From sequence record DRR723986_11044: a stretch of DNA of 63,094 bases, one strand, 5' to 3'. Of the stretch, positions 36,780-46,200 are shown piece by piece. Within the stretch, counting starts at the first letter, position 1. The number at the start of each line of letters is the position of its first letter. Made by a program: the position numbers and the translations under genes. The notes beneath the pieces are model-generated. The model saw nothing but the letters and a program-made list of their open reading frames with translations. It made no database searches and was not told the origin of the DNA.

Positions 36780-39694
36780 TAGGCTGGCAAATAATTAATG
36801 AACGCCTCAATTTCCTCTTTGGCATCTTTCATAGCCTGTCTTATCGTCCAGTCTTTGAATTGATTACTTTTAATGATATAGAACTTGCCTTGCTCTTTAT
36901 CGTAAATTTTAACCTTTTCTTCAAACAGAATTTTAATGGAATCAGTATTGGTAAGCTGCTTGGCTTTTACAAAATTCACAATAGATAGCTGAGAATCTCT
37001 TAGCAGTTCAGCCTCTTTCTCTTTATCATTAATGGCAATGCAGAGGACCACGCCTAGGTATTTGGAAATATGGTAACTTGCATTGATTGTTTTTTTATTT
37101 GACAACAAAAGAGAATAAGCATCTTTGAAGGCATGCCAATAAGCATTCATATCGGAGGGTCGTACTGTAAGATCCTTCTTGCCTGCTCTATTGACACGGA
37201 CATCATAAAATTCTCGAATAATTTCCTTCTCATAATCCAACAATCCGTAGAGATCAAAAACCATTTCATTGAGATGAAGAATTTCACTTTCGCAATCTTC
37301 TCCATTGACTTTTTTATTTTGAATCATTTCAATCAACAAAGTCATTTGAAATAAACAATCCACATTTGTGATTTCTTTAAATGGAAGATTTGCAATATCC
37401 TCGTTCCTGAGATTTACCCAGGTCTTGCCTTTTCCCCATTGTACAGAAAGCTGGTATATAATAAAACCTATAAGTTGAGAATTGAATACACCTAGGTACG
37501 GAAGATAGTTCTCTATATAAGCCCCTTTACTTCTGAATTTTACAGAAAGCATATTGTCTTTAAATACAACTTCGTCTGTTAAAAAAAGCCCTCTTAATTT
37601 CAGTCCGTCTTGTTTAGTTGGCCCAATTGGAAGGACAATTCTTTTATGATTAAAAATAGATTCATCCTTTCTTCTTCTTTCCATTTCCTGATTCCAATCA
37701 AACAACCCCAGTTCTTTAGTTTTCTGGACAAATTGTTCAAAATCATAAGGTTCAATTTTTCTCTTCCAAATAGGATCACCTAAAGAGACCATGTTTTTCT
37801 TTGCAATAAACCCCCTTCGAACTTCTACCTCTAAGTTTCTCTGAGGCGCTAATTTACCATTGAGCAATTCATAGCTTTCAATATCTCCATGAATTAAAAT
37901 TTTCCAAAGCGAATCATGCTCAATAAATTCGTTCTGCTTCAATTCAAACAGATCTGAGTTAGTAAAATGTATCAATTCAAACTGTCTTGCGAATTCCGTA
38001 AGCTTTGGTGAAATATATCGTAGTGTATTATCCTCTGTGGTTTTATTCCTGAAAATAAGAACAACGCAGGGTTCGCTTGCACCCACCTCGACCTGCTGCC
38101 CATGAACATTCCCTATTACTGATTTTTTGAACAGAATTTCATTATAATGGGAAAGCTCATAAAAGGTCTTAATCTGATATTTCTCTAATACGTTCTTTCG
38201 GAAATCTAGTGTCTTGTCATTTAAGAAAATAGAGTTCTTAACCACCATGACATATATAGTATTAAGATCACCCCACTTGGATACCCTCGTGATAAATGCT
38301 TGCGACCTTTCAAAATCTGCCACATATCTATATTCTGGGTATTTTCCAGATTTATCATCAATAGCGGCTCTCTCTTGAAGATAGACTTGGTTAACTTTTG
38401 GATCAGAGGAACCAATGGGGACAGAGCCCCAAGGCGGATTAGAGGCAATACAATCAAAAACTTTGTCCGTAAACAGGTCCTCCAAAATAGTATTTCCACC
38501 GATCAAAGTCTCTCCAATTAAGCTTGGAAGGATTGGATTCTCCTGCTCTATTTTCTCTCTGATAAAATCCGAAGACTCCTCTTCAAGAAGAGCTAAGTAA
38601 AGGCTAAATGCTGCAATTTGTAAAGCATTCCGATCTATATCGATACCGAAAAGCTGGGTCTGAAGTATTCTCTTTTTTTGTTCATAGTCCAACCCGCGAC
38701 CATAAGATTTTTGGATCATCTGAAAGGCATGCACCAGAAATGCTCCAGACCCAACCGCAGGATCCAAAATAGTAGATTTGGGATTTTCTTTGAGCTTCTC
38801 GTCAAAAGATTGTGAAAGCATGAAATCTACCAGAAAATCAGGAGTGTAATATATACCATCCCCTTTTTTGGTACTGCTTTTCAAAAATGCCTCGTAAACA
38901 TGGCTTATTAGCTGTATAGGAATATTGTCAAACTGATAAGGGAAAAGCGATAATTGTCCCGATTTATAATCAGATTTAAAGAAAAGAGAAAGTTTATGGA
39001 GGTATGTAGTCTCTATTTGTGAACCATCAAACTCTGCATCGTATTTGAAAATATCCCCATTAATTCTTGCCACTTTTTCAAAAGCCGCGATTAGTTGTTG
39101 CGGGTCTCTACTTTCCAAAACATCCAGCAAATAATTTTCATTGAAAATCCCCCTATCTTCCAAATACTTAATAAATAAGCACCTAAGAATCAATAAATGT
39201 ATGATTTGATCATTTCCATTTCTGACCAAATCACTTTTTAATTCCAGTAAGTTTAAAAGAAGATCCTTGTCAACAGTTCTATTATTCTTCCTTCGGTGTT
39301 TACTGACATAGTCGAAAAAATAAGCCGCATCTATAGCTGATTTCGTAAATATAAGATCATCAATATTCTCGTATCCTGTTGTATTAGTCCCATATTCGAA
39401 ACTAGCTATACAGATGGATTTCTTAAGAGGCTTATCTTTATCAGGCTTTTCCTTTGCGTTGATTAAATAGGTTTTGCTCTCAGAAACTGCTACAAACACA
39501 GGATCCAGATTCTTATTCCATAGGCGTTTATGGGTGTCGTAAATATCAGATTCATTTGATACATGGGCATATTTTACCGATAGCTTGCCTTGATGAATCG
39601 TGTACTGAAACTGACTGTCTCGTAGCCCTTTATGAACTTCTTCATTGGAGAAGCCAAGATTACTTAGGAATTTACGAAACATTTTTTCCATCAT
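36779..39694 (-). CDS. Large N6-adenine DNA methyltransferase (type IIG/Eco57I-like)
   Basis: GIYYTP, ILDPAVGSGAFL (motif I), FGIDID, SNPPW (motif IV); TRD-like C-terminal half. Confidence 0.9.
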   Translation of the reverse strand: MMEKMFRKFLSNLGFSNEEVHKGLRDSQFQYTIHQGKLSVKYAHVSNESDIYDTHKRLWNKNLDPVFVAVSESKTYLINAKEKPDKDKPLKKSICIASFEYGTNTTGYENIDDLIFTKSAIDAAYFFDYVSKHRRKNNRTVDKDLLLNLLELKSDLVRNGNDQIIHLLILRCLFIKYLEDRGIFNENYLLDVLESRDPQQLIAAFEKVARINGDIFKYDAEFDGSQIETTYLHKLSLFFKSDYKSGQLSLFPYQFDNIPIQLISHVYEAFLKSSTKKGDGIYYTPDFLVDFMLSQSFDEKLKENPKSTILDPAVGSGAFLVHAFQMIQKSYGRGLDYEQKKRILQTQLFGIDIDRNALQIAAFSLYLALLEEESSDFIREKIEQENPILPSLIGETLIGGNTILEDLFTDKVFDCIASNPPWGSVPIGSSDPKVNQVYLQERAAIDDKSGKYPEYRYVADFERSQAFITRVSKWGDLNTIYVMVVKNSIFLNDKTLDFRKNVLEKYQIKTFYELSHYNEILFKKSVIGNVHGQQVEVGASEPCVVLIFRNKTTEDNTLRYISPKLTEFARQFELIHFTNSDLFELKQNEFIEHDSLWKILIHGDIESYELLNGKLAPQRNLEVEVRRGFIAKKNMVSLGDPIWKRKIEPYDFEQFVQKTKELGLFDWNQEMERRRKDESIFNHKRIVLPIGPTKQDGLKLRGLFLTDEVVFKDNMLSVKFRSKGAYIENYLPYLGVFNSQLIGFIIYQLSVQWGKGKTWVNLRNEDIANLPFKEITNVDCLFQMTLLIEMIQNKKVNGEDCESEILHLNEMVFDLYGLLDYEKEIIREFYDVRVNRAGKKDLTVRPSDMNAYWHAFKDAYSLLLSNKKTINASYHISKYLGVVLCIAINDKEKEAELLRDSQLSIVNFVKAKQLTNTDSIKILFEEKVKIYDKEQGKFYIIKSNQFKDWTIRQAMKDAKEEIEAFINYLPA

Positions 39695-39875
39695 TTACGC
39701 ACAGTTAATAGGCAAAAATAGGATTTTATACCACCCAAACTACTCTAACGAGTAACCTCACCATCAAAAATGATGCGGATACAGGAATTTGACATCAGAA
39801 GTCAAAATAATTTTCCATTAATGTCAAATCTGTCATTGAGACTTTGTGAAGCTGGAATCTTTGTGTTCTGTTACT

Positions 39876-40655
39876 TTATTCTTTTTCTTCCTTCGGAAGT
39901 ATAATTGCTTTCGAATTTTTTAGAACATCTCGAACACCTGTTTCAGTACGTGAAGTAAAAGATCCGATTTCTTTTTCTAGAAAGTCAAACCATTTTCTTC
40001 CCAAATCATCAATGAAATCCACCAAGGAATCATGGGCTCTGGAGCTATATGATGGCACCCAAAGTAATTTTGGTTCATTAGAACCTACAATTTCAACATA
40101 TCGATTGACAGTAAGGTAAAGAAAGCAATCGATTGAACTATAAGTTTGAGTTAAAATATCGCCACAAAGTGCTGCAACGATATCTACTGGAAATGCCGTG
40201 AATCCATCGTTTACAAAAATCAATACACCAGTCGGTTCATTTATTGAAAAGTGTTCTTTTGTTTCACGAATTTGAATATTTGCTTTTTTAATGATTCGGG
40301 CAATCGAAGGGCGAGCTAACCGAAAAAACTCCTCAATAAACCAAGGCGGGTAACCTTCTGTTCCGCCTAATATCTTTGGCTTCCATTTTGGGTTTTCAAT
40401 AAATAGTCTTTCATGTAGATCTTTCACTCCTTTATACGCTCTCTCGGTTTCAAGAAACTCTGTTTGAATTTCTTTAAGTTCACAAACCACTTTGGCATCT
40501 GAAAAAATAAAATCTGCGTTATTGAAATTTGGTGCAGAAGGAAGGATATCCGATACTACTTTTCCGTTCGCGCTATTGACGAACTTTTTCCATGTGGACT
40601 CTACTGGGATTGGATCATGAGGACCAACATCCCAAAAACCTACAATACTTGCCAT
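39876..40655 (-). CDS. Hypothetical protein, possible restriction-endonuclease fold
   Basis: NADF...VCELK pattern followed by KKANIQIRETK and GVLIFVND. Confidence 0.55.
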   Translation of the reverse strand: MASIVGFWDVGPHDPIPVESTWKKFVNSANGKVVSDILPSAPNFNNADFIFSDAKVVCELKEIQTEFLETERAYKGVKDLHERLFIENPKWKPKILGGTEGYPPWFIEEFFRLARPSIARIIKKANIQIRETKEHFSINEPTGVLIFVNDGFTAFPVDIVAALCGDILTQTYSSIDCFLYLTVNRYVEIVGSNEPKLLWVPSYSSRAHDSLVDFIDDLGRKWFDFLEKEIGSFTSRTETGVRDVLKNSKAIILPKEEKE

Positions 40656-41006
40656 AAAATATTTATAAACAATCCCACTTAACTAGTTAATTAACAGTCA
40701 GAAAATAGTAAATTCATTAATTGGACAGGGTGGGATTTGCCTGCCTTACATTCCGGACCAAGGCTAATTCCGATCTTTATCTGAATGACTGAAAGATTTC
40801 TTGACGCCTTTTTTTATCCTCGTGTCAAAACCAATTTACAATTGGATTTTCTACTTCTCCACCCCCCTTCACTTTTCTACCCTGAAAACTGGCCCACTTT
40901 GGAACTGTTCGTCTTTGTCCTGACCTTTTTGAACCATCAATACAAGTACATGGCTTTCATACTTGTTTCTACAAGCCAGATGAAATCATAGCTGTTATCC
41001 CCAGTA

Positions 41007-41981
41007 CTATATTCGGTTGTTTGCTGAAAGTTTTCTATAGTGTTCCCCCAAAGCAGTTAACTTACAGGATTTACTTTCCATTGCAGCATTCCACATGTGT
41101 GGTGCATCAACTGGCTTCAATAAATTCAGTCTATTATACTTTTGAAGGATAGAGAAAGTTTTAGTGTTTTGTTCAATAGGGTCAGGCATTCCTTGGTCCC
41201 TTCCTTTGAGTTCTGGTTCATAGGTTGGGTCAAGTTTAAACTCATAACCTGCTATTGGAAATAAATCTCTAATCATTCGTAGGTCACCCAGTTCTATGGA
41301 TGGCGCCGCTTTTCTTAAGGATATAAAATTCCTGACGTTAGTTTTGAAAATAGGTCGCTGTTCCCAAGCACCTAAAGATTGGTCTATGTGGGCATATACA
41401 CTACCAGGTGTAATGTCTCCAAGTATGTTTGATGCACTGCCACTTAATGCATCAACCAACAAAGTGGTAAAAACACCACTTCCATTATTTTCTGATGCAT
41501 ACTGATCAGAAGTTGAGGCAGTCAAAATTGTTATACCTTCTGAAATTAGTGCACTTTCTTGAACGTTGGGGGAATTCCCAGCTATACCCGAATGACAGCT
41601 GTCTAGGATGATAACTTTATTTCTCGCTGGCGAGCTATTTGCTAAAACTAAAATATCGTTCAACGAAACCCCGTCATCCCCTCTTTTTGCATCACTGCCT
41701 AGAAGGTATCCGCCGGTATTTTCGATGTGCCCGTGTCCGGCGAAATATAAAAGGGCCACTTCTGCTTTAGTTGAAAACAGCTTGGTTATTGCATCTTTTA
41801 ATTCTCCTCTTTCGAGGTTTTCTTTTGAATTCGAGGCTGTCATCAACCTACATTCAAAATTTACTGAACCATCAAAATTTCTCTCCAATATCCCCTTGAC
41901 TGAATAAGCATCATTTACACAACCATACAAATCTCCTCCATAAGGGTAATGGTTAATTCCAATTATTAATGCGATTTTCAT
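41007..41981 (-). CDS. Caspase-like (C14) protease, putative Thoeris type IV effector
   Basis: ALIIGINHY, LYGCVNDA, catalytic YFAGHG and ILDSCHSG, GVFT..LVDALSG. Confidence 0.92.
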   Translation of the reverse strand: MKIALIIGINHYPYGGDLYGCVNDAYSVKGILERNFDGSVNFECRLMTASNSKENLERGELKDAITKLFSTKAEVALLYFAGHGHIENTGGYLLGSDAKRGDDGVSLNDILVLANSSPARNKVIILDSCHSGIAGNSPNVQESALISEGITILTASTSDQYASENNGSGVFTTLLVDALSGSASNILGDITPGSVYAHIDQSLGAWEQRPIFKTNVRNFISLRKAAPSIELGDLRMIRDLFPIAGYEFKLDPTYEPELKGRDQGMPDPIEQNTKTFSILQKYNRLNLLKPVDAPHMWNAAMESKSCKLTALGEHYRKLSANNRI

Positions 41982-41992
41982 AACATAGAGAA

Positions 41993-42355
41993 TTAAATTC
42001 TATCAATAAAATTTGAAATATTGCTATCCGACCAAACTTGAGTATTTACCCCAATAATATTAGTCCGGTCAAATGAATATGCCCAAATTCCAAGGATTGG
42101 CTTCTTTTCTTCTTTTGCGCATTCTATCTCCCATTTTTGTCCGCTTGATGATAAAGAATTTTGACTCACCAAAACAATAACTCCATTGGAACGACGAATT
42201 CTAGTTCGTACCCGTTCCTTCCACTCCGAGCTATAAGGCTCTTTTACTGACATATCAATAAATTCATAGGGCGATCTAGGATGTAATGATTGCCCCTTTA
42301 ATAGGTCTCGCTGTCTCTCATCATTTATAGAGAATGCAATAAATAGTGTTTTCAT
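41993..42355 (-). CDS. thsB: Short TIR-domain protein (ThsB/DUF1863-like)
   Basis: LFIAF, DMSVKEP, IRRSNGVIVLVS and QKWEIECA with catalytic Glu; 11 nt upstream of the caspase. Confidence 0.85.
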   Translation of the reverse strand: MKTLFIAFSINDERQRDLLKGQSLHPRSPYEFIDMSVKEPYSSEWKERVRTRIRRSNGVIVLVSQNSLSSSGQKWEIECAKEEKKPILGIWAYSFDRTNIIGVNTQVWSDSNISNFIDRI

Positions 42356-42392
42356 CTTTTTATTTAGTTCAGGATTTAAAAATTGAATAATG

Positions 42393-42965
42393 TTAAAAAA
42401 GGGTTCTGGCTTGGTAGGATGGCTGTTTTCTTTCTAAAATCAGACTTTTCAAATCAACATATTTGTTTGCATTTTCAATTGCATATAATTTTAAACCAGC
42501 CCAGTCACTTTCTCTTGATATATAAGGATAAAGCAATAAATATTCTGATCGAATAAAAGAACTAGATACCTTTTCACCCTGCTCAATAGGTACTATAGCA
42601 CATGATTGAGTTTGACAATCAACAAATCCAAGTTCCCAAGGGATCCATTTACTTAATCCAGCATTTGTTGATATAGCAAGTAAAAGACTTTTAGAACTCT
42701 TCATTCTACTTCTTATTAATTCTGCAGTCTCTTTTGTAACCCTATTCCTATCCAGGTATGGATCTACGATCCAATCCACATAAACATTGAATCCAGCCTT
42801 AGTTAATTCAATGAAAAGCCCCTCAACTACATCTCTATCTAAATAGGAATGAGAGAGAAAAACATCAAATTTTTCAACCTTTCTTGACTCTGAAAAAAGC
42901 CTGTCTTTTTGATAAACATTTTCACGAGAAACAGCCTTGAGCCTAGATTCGTTAAATAGTGCCAT
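42393..42965 (-). CDS. thsB: TIR-domain protein (ThsB-like)
   Basis: FDVFLSHS, VYVDW, SKWIPWELG with catalytic Glu, EYL.LYP. Confidence 0.88.
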   Translation of the reverse strand: MALFNESRLKAVSRENVYQKDRLFSESRKVEKFDVFLSHSYLDRDVVEGLFIELTKAGFNVYVDWIVDPYLDRNRVTKETAELIRSRMKSSKSLLLAISTNAGLSKWIPWELGFVDCQTQSCAIVPIEQGEKVSSSFIRSEYLLLYPYISRESDWAGLKLYAIENANKYVDLKSLILERKQPSYQARTLF

Positions 42966-43081
42966 AGGTTTTTAAATTAATTATAATTAGTAATATTTTT
43001 AAATGCCTAATTCCCATACTTGACTATACTTACTTGTTATTATATAAATCAACGTTATTATCCCACCTCAACCCTCCCTCT

Positions 43082-43112
43082 TCCCGATATCGCTTTGCTC
43101 ATCGGGACAGGC
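43082..43112. repeat. REP-like palindrome
   Basis: TCCCGAT...ATCGGGA inverted repeat; a second hairpin CGAGAT-tgaa-ATCTCG lies near 43184-43199. Confidence 0.4.
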
Positions 43113-43593
43113 TCTCTGTAAATCAATACCAGTATTTAAACACTACCTGTAAACTTTTTTTAGGACGAGTCACACTTTGTTCTCGAGATTGAAATCTCGG
43201 GATTAAAATATCGGGATCTTCGAATTCAATAACTAAAAGGCTTGAGCAAGAAAGGAAAAAAATAATACCAGCACATACCCTATACAGGGTATTTTTTGGG
43301 GAAATCGGAGAAAATGTTAAGGAATTGAGGTGTTTTTCGGTTGGTCCACAAAATTATCTGCATTCGTTGTGTCATTTTGCAGACAAAAGTAGAAAGTGAG
43401 GTTCGTGACCTAGTTAAGGATCAGAAATGCGGTTGATGGGTTTGGATCCTTTTAGCTAGTTGTGATGTAGTATCGATTGCTTTATCGGACTCAGAGGGGT
43501 CGATATACTCAGGAATATCCAGATGGGCTGGAAGAACTGCACCATCCATATGCTCTATAACTTATCCACCCAGATTTTGTCTATTTGCATTAA

Positions 43594-44166
43594 TTATTTC
43601 GTGCCCAAGAACCTGAATATATTGTTAATATTGATGCCAATTCCAGCAATGTTTGGCTCAAGAATTATTGTGTCGTTAAGTATTTTTCCGACCCCACCTT
43701 TTAATTCCTTTTTTACTTTAAAGTCTTTTATCTCCCTTTTGTTTTTAATGTCTTGGAAGACTTTCTCAATGAGCTTTATGACATCTTGAGGAGACTTACA
43801 TACCTTGGCAATTTCAATAAAAACCAACTTATCTTCTGGAATTTTCCCTCCAATTGCTTGTTTATCATGTCCATCCAAAAAGTACTTCGGATGAATTGTT
43901 GTAATCATCAATGCAGGAAGAAGTTCCTTAGGGTCAATACCGTTTACAGATTCCCAAGACATTAGTTCCGAGTAAAAATGACTTTCGGGGATTCCTTGAA
44001 TAGCCACCGATTCATTTTCGGCTGCAAATTTTGCAATCTTATCAAAACTGTCCCGCAGAGTTTTACTTATCGGCTCATCCCAATTGTAATAATCAAGGAT
44101 GTACAGGTAATAATTTCTTTCTACATTCTCTGGAATTGCTGCTATTGTGCTAATCTTTAGCCCCAT
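43594..44166 (-). CDS. Hypothetical protein
   Basis: 190-aa ORF; YYLYILDY, LPALMITT and C-terminal ILEPNIAGIGIN; no function assignable. Confidence 0.75.
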   Translation of the reverse strand: MGLKISTIAAIPENVERNYYLYILDYYNWDEPISKTLRDSFDKIAKFAAENESVAIQGIPESHFYSELMSWESVNGIDPKELLPALMITTIHPKYFLDGHDKQAIGGKIPEDKLVFIEIAKVCKSPQDVIKLIEKVFQDIKNKREIKDFKVKKELKGGVGKILNDTIILEPNIAGIGININNIFRFLGTK

Positions 44167-44236
44167 TATGTTTTAATTTTCAATTTTAAAAATCAATAGA
44201 TACACCATACAAATATTTGGATTTACACAGCCAGAC

Positions 44237-44352
44237 CTAAACCTGAAGATATGAAATTTTGAGATCTTTCCATAAAGCCCTTACCTTCTGGAAAACCGAA
44301 TTTATTCAGGGAAAACCTCATTCCCTACTCAACCTGTAGCCCATTCAAACAT
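44237..44352 (-). pseudogene. Decayed copy of the 3' end of the DUF2971 gene
   Basis: Aligns by eye to 45340-45454; reads CLNGLQVE*GMRFSLNKFGFPEGKGFMERS, then a +1 frameshift, then KISYLQV*. Confidence 0.8.
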
Positions 44353-44475
44353 TTTCCCCTGTCTCAGTGTAGTTAAATCAATTGTGGTGTCTGGATGGGA
44401 TCTGGAATTCCACCCAGATATTCATACTAATTTGTAACAAGCTCTTTGATCTTCTGATATTCATGTTCCAAATAA

Positions 44476-45276
44476 CTACTTATCTTGGCCAACAATAAAG
44501 GAAAAGTCATTTCCACAAGGGCATCCTTCAATCAAGTTTTCTTCATAGAAGTTAATGTATACCCTTACAGCTTCAATTGCTTTGTAATAATCAAAATTCA
44601 GCAAATCTCTGTAAACACCTTTATAACCTGTGTTTGTAAAACCATCGGGTTTTAGGTGAATAATGTGATTTCGAAGTTTGATCAAATTATCAATTTGGGC
44701 ATTATATCTTCTATACCTAGGTGGCCGGAACTTTCTCCCCTTAATTGCAGGAATAGAATGGTATAATTTTAATGTAACAGTTGGGACTAGCTCTTTGCCA
44801 TCACTTCCTATAAATCGATAGCCATTTGGAATAACTCTATTGGCAAAGCTTTCTAATGCTGCTTGAAGATTAATAATACAATTAATCGCTAATTGAAAAT
44901 ACATCCCTGCATGACTTAAATTAACTGGTTCTCCACCTTTTCCAATTTCCTTTACATCAGGAGCCTGAGACAAGAGCAAATCTTTATAATACTTCAGTTG
45001 ACCGGAGCACATTACAGCATTGGAAAAAAATATCGTCACAGGATTAAGCTCAACGACAACCCTTTTAACTTTATCGTCCAAATAATCAAAACCATACAGG
45101 ATTCTATCTGGAAACATAAGGATTATATCCATTTCATCCTGTTCGGCCAACTTATTTGACTCTAGATAAGATTTGGCATATTCCAGACTTTCCGGTGGAT
45201 ACTTTATCTTATCTAATTCATTTGGAAGAAAATTAATGATCTGTTCTCTGCTAGGCTTTAGTTTGATATGGGCCAT
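44476..45276 (-). CDS. Hypothetical protein with HEPN-like RxxxxH motif
   Basis: AALESFAN...KLRNHIIH; C-terminal CPCG. Confidence 0.65.
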   Translation of the reverse strand: MAHIKLKPSREQIINFLPNELDKIKYPPESLEYAKSYLESNKLAEQDEMDIILMFPDRILYGFDYLDDKVKRVVVELNPVTIFFSNAVMCSGQLKYYKDLLLSQAPDVKEIGKGGEPVNLSHAGMYFQLAINCIINLQAALESFANRVIPNGYRFIGSDGKELVPTVTLKLYHSIPAIKGRKFRPPRYRRYNAQIDNLIKLRNHIIHLKPDGFTNTGYKGVYRDLLNFDYYKAIEAVRVYINFYEENLIEGCPCGNDFSFIVGQDK

Positions 45277-45339
45277 AATAGGACATCGTTAAAATTGAAC
45301 AAATTATACTTGGCACCAAAAGCTTTAAATAGGAAAATC

Positions 45340-46173
45340 CTATACCTGACGATACGAAATTTTAGATCTTTCTATAAAGGCCTTTCCTTCTGGAAAATTG
45401 TGCTTTTTTAGAAAAAACCTCATCCCTTGCTCAACCTGAAGCCCATTCAAACATGGTCCAATAACGATTTTCTTCAAAATCTCTTTCCGGAATTTATGCT
45501 CGATAAATGGGACAAATAGATTTCCTTTTGTTCTAAACTGATAGTTTTTCCATTCATTGGTGCATAGTCTCCATTCAGCTTCTGAGCTATAGGAATTGGA
45601 TTTTGTAGAAAACCCATATTTTGACATTGAGAAAAAAAGATTGCCATCATTAAAACCTGTTGTTATACGCCCATTCTCCGATTTTTCTATTTTGAAATCA
45701 TCATAATTATTTTTCCAGTATTGTCGGAAATCATCCTCTACCATTTCCTTACAATATTCACATTTCAAAAGTCTTGTATTTGTAACCTCAGGATCCTTTG
45801 AATAGCTCATTAACATTTCTTTATCCAGTCCTATACAGACTCCATTTCCATCATGACCATAAGCTCTCCACATTGATAAATCATCTTCATGTTCTGATAA
45901 TGATAATATAAATGGCTCACCTGGCAAGTAAGCAAAGGATCCGAAAATCCCACCTCTACCAAACAAAACATCACTTTTCTTTTCAGAAATTTGATGCTCC
46001 ACCTCATATTCATGCAAAGTTTCTGTAATTATTTTGTTCACAAATTCAAATTCATCAGGATCATTCATGAAGTTTGCATGGGTGGCCCTGAGAACAATAT
46101 TTTCACCATCACCGAGAAGAATCTTGTGCAAACTTTCTATTGAAGTATAATGGTGTAAAAGTTCTTCTGTCAT
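45340..46173 (-). CDS. DUF2971 domain protein
   Basis: LHHYTS, MNDPDE, LSMWRAYG..G.GVCIG, K...YSSEAEWR, IVIGP. Confidence 0.88.
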   Translation of the reverse strand: MTEELLHHYTSIESLHKILLGDGENIVLRATHANFMNDPDEFEFVNKIITETLHEYEVEHQISEKKSDVLFGRGGIFGSFAYLPGEPFILSLSEHEDDLSMWRAYGHDGNGVCIGLDKEMLMSYSKDPEVTNTRLLKCEYCKEMVEDDFRQYWKNNYDDFKIEKSENGRITTGFNDGNLFFSMSKYGFSTKSNSYSSEAEWRLCTNEWKNYQFRTKGNLFVPFIEHKFRKEILKKIVIGPCLNGLQVEQGMRFFLKKHNFPEGKAFIERSKISYRQV

Positions 46174-46200
46174 TTTTAATTGTATTGATTCTACTATTAA

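Noticed and set aside
36779-39694. BREX or DISARM system suggested by the large MTase
   Set aside because: No PglZ, BrxC ATPase or DISARM helicase genes nearby.
40700-41000. 68-aa ORF or possible decayed gene after the caspase
   Set aside because: Minus-strand frames are broken by stops and I could not match any frame to a family.
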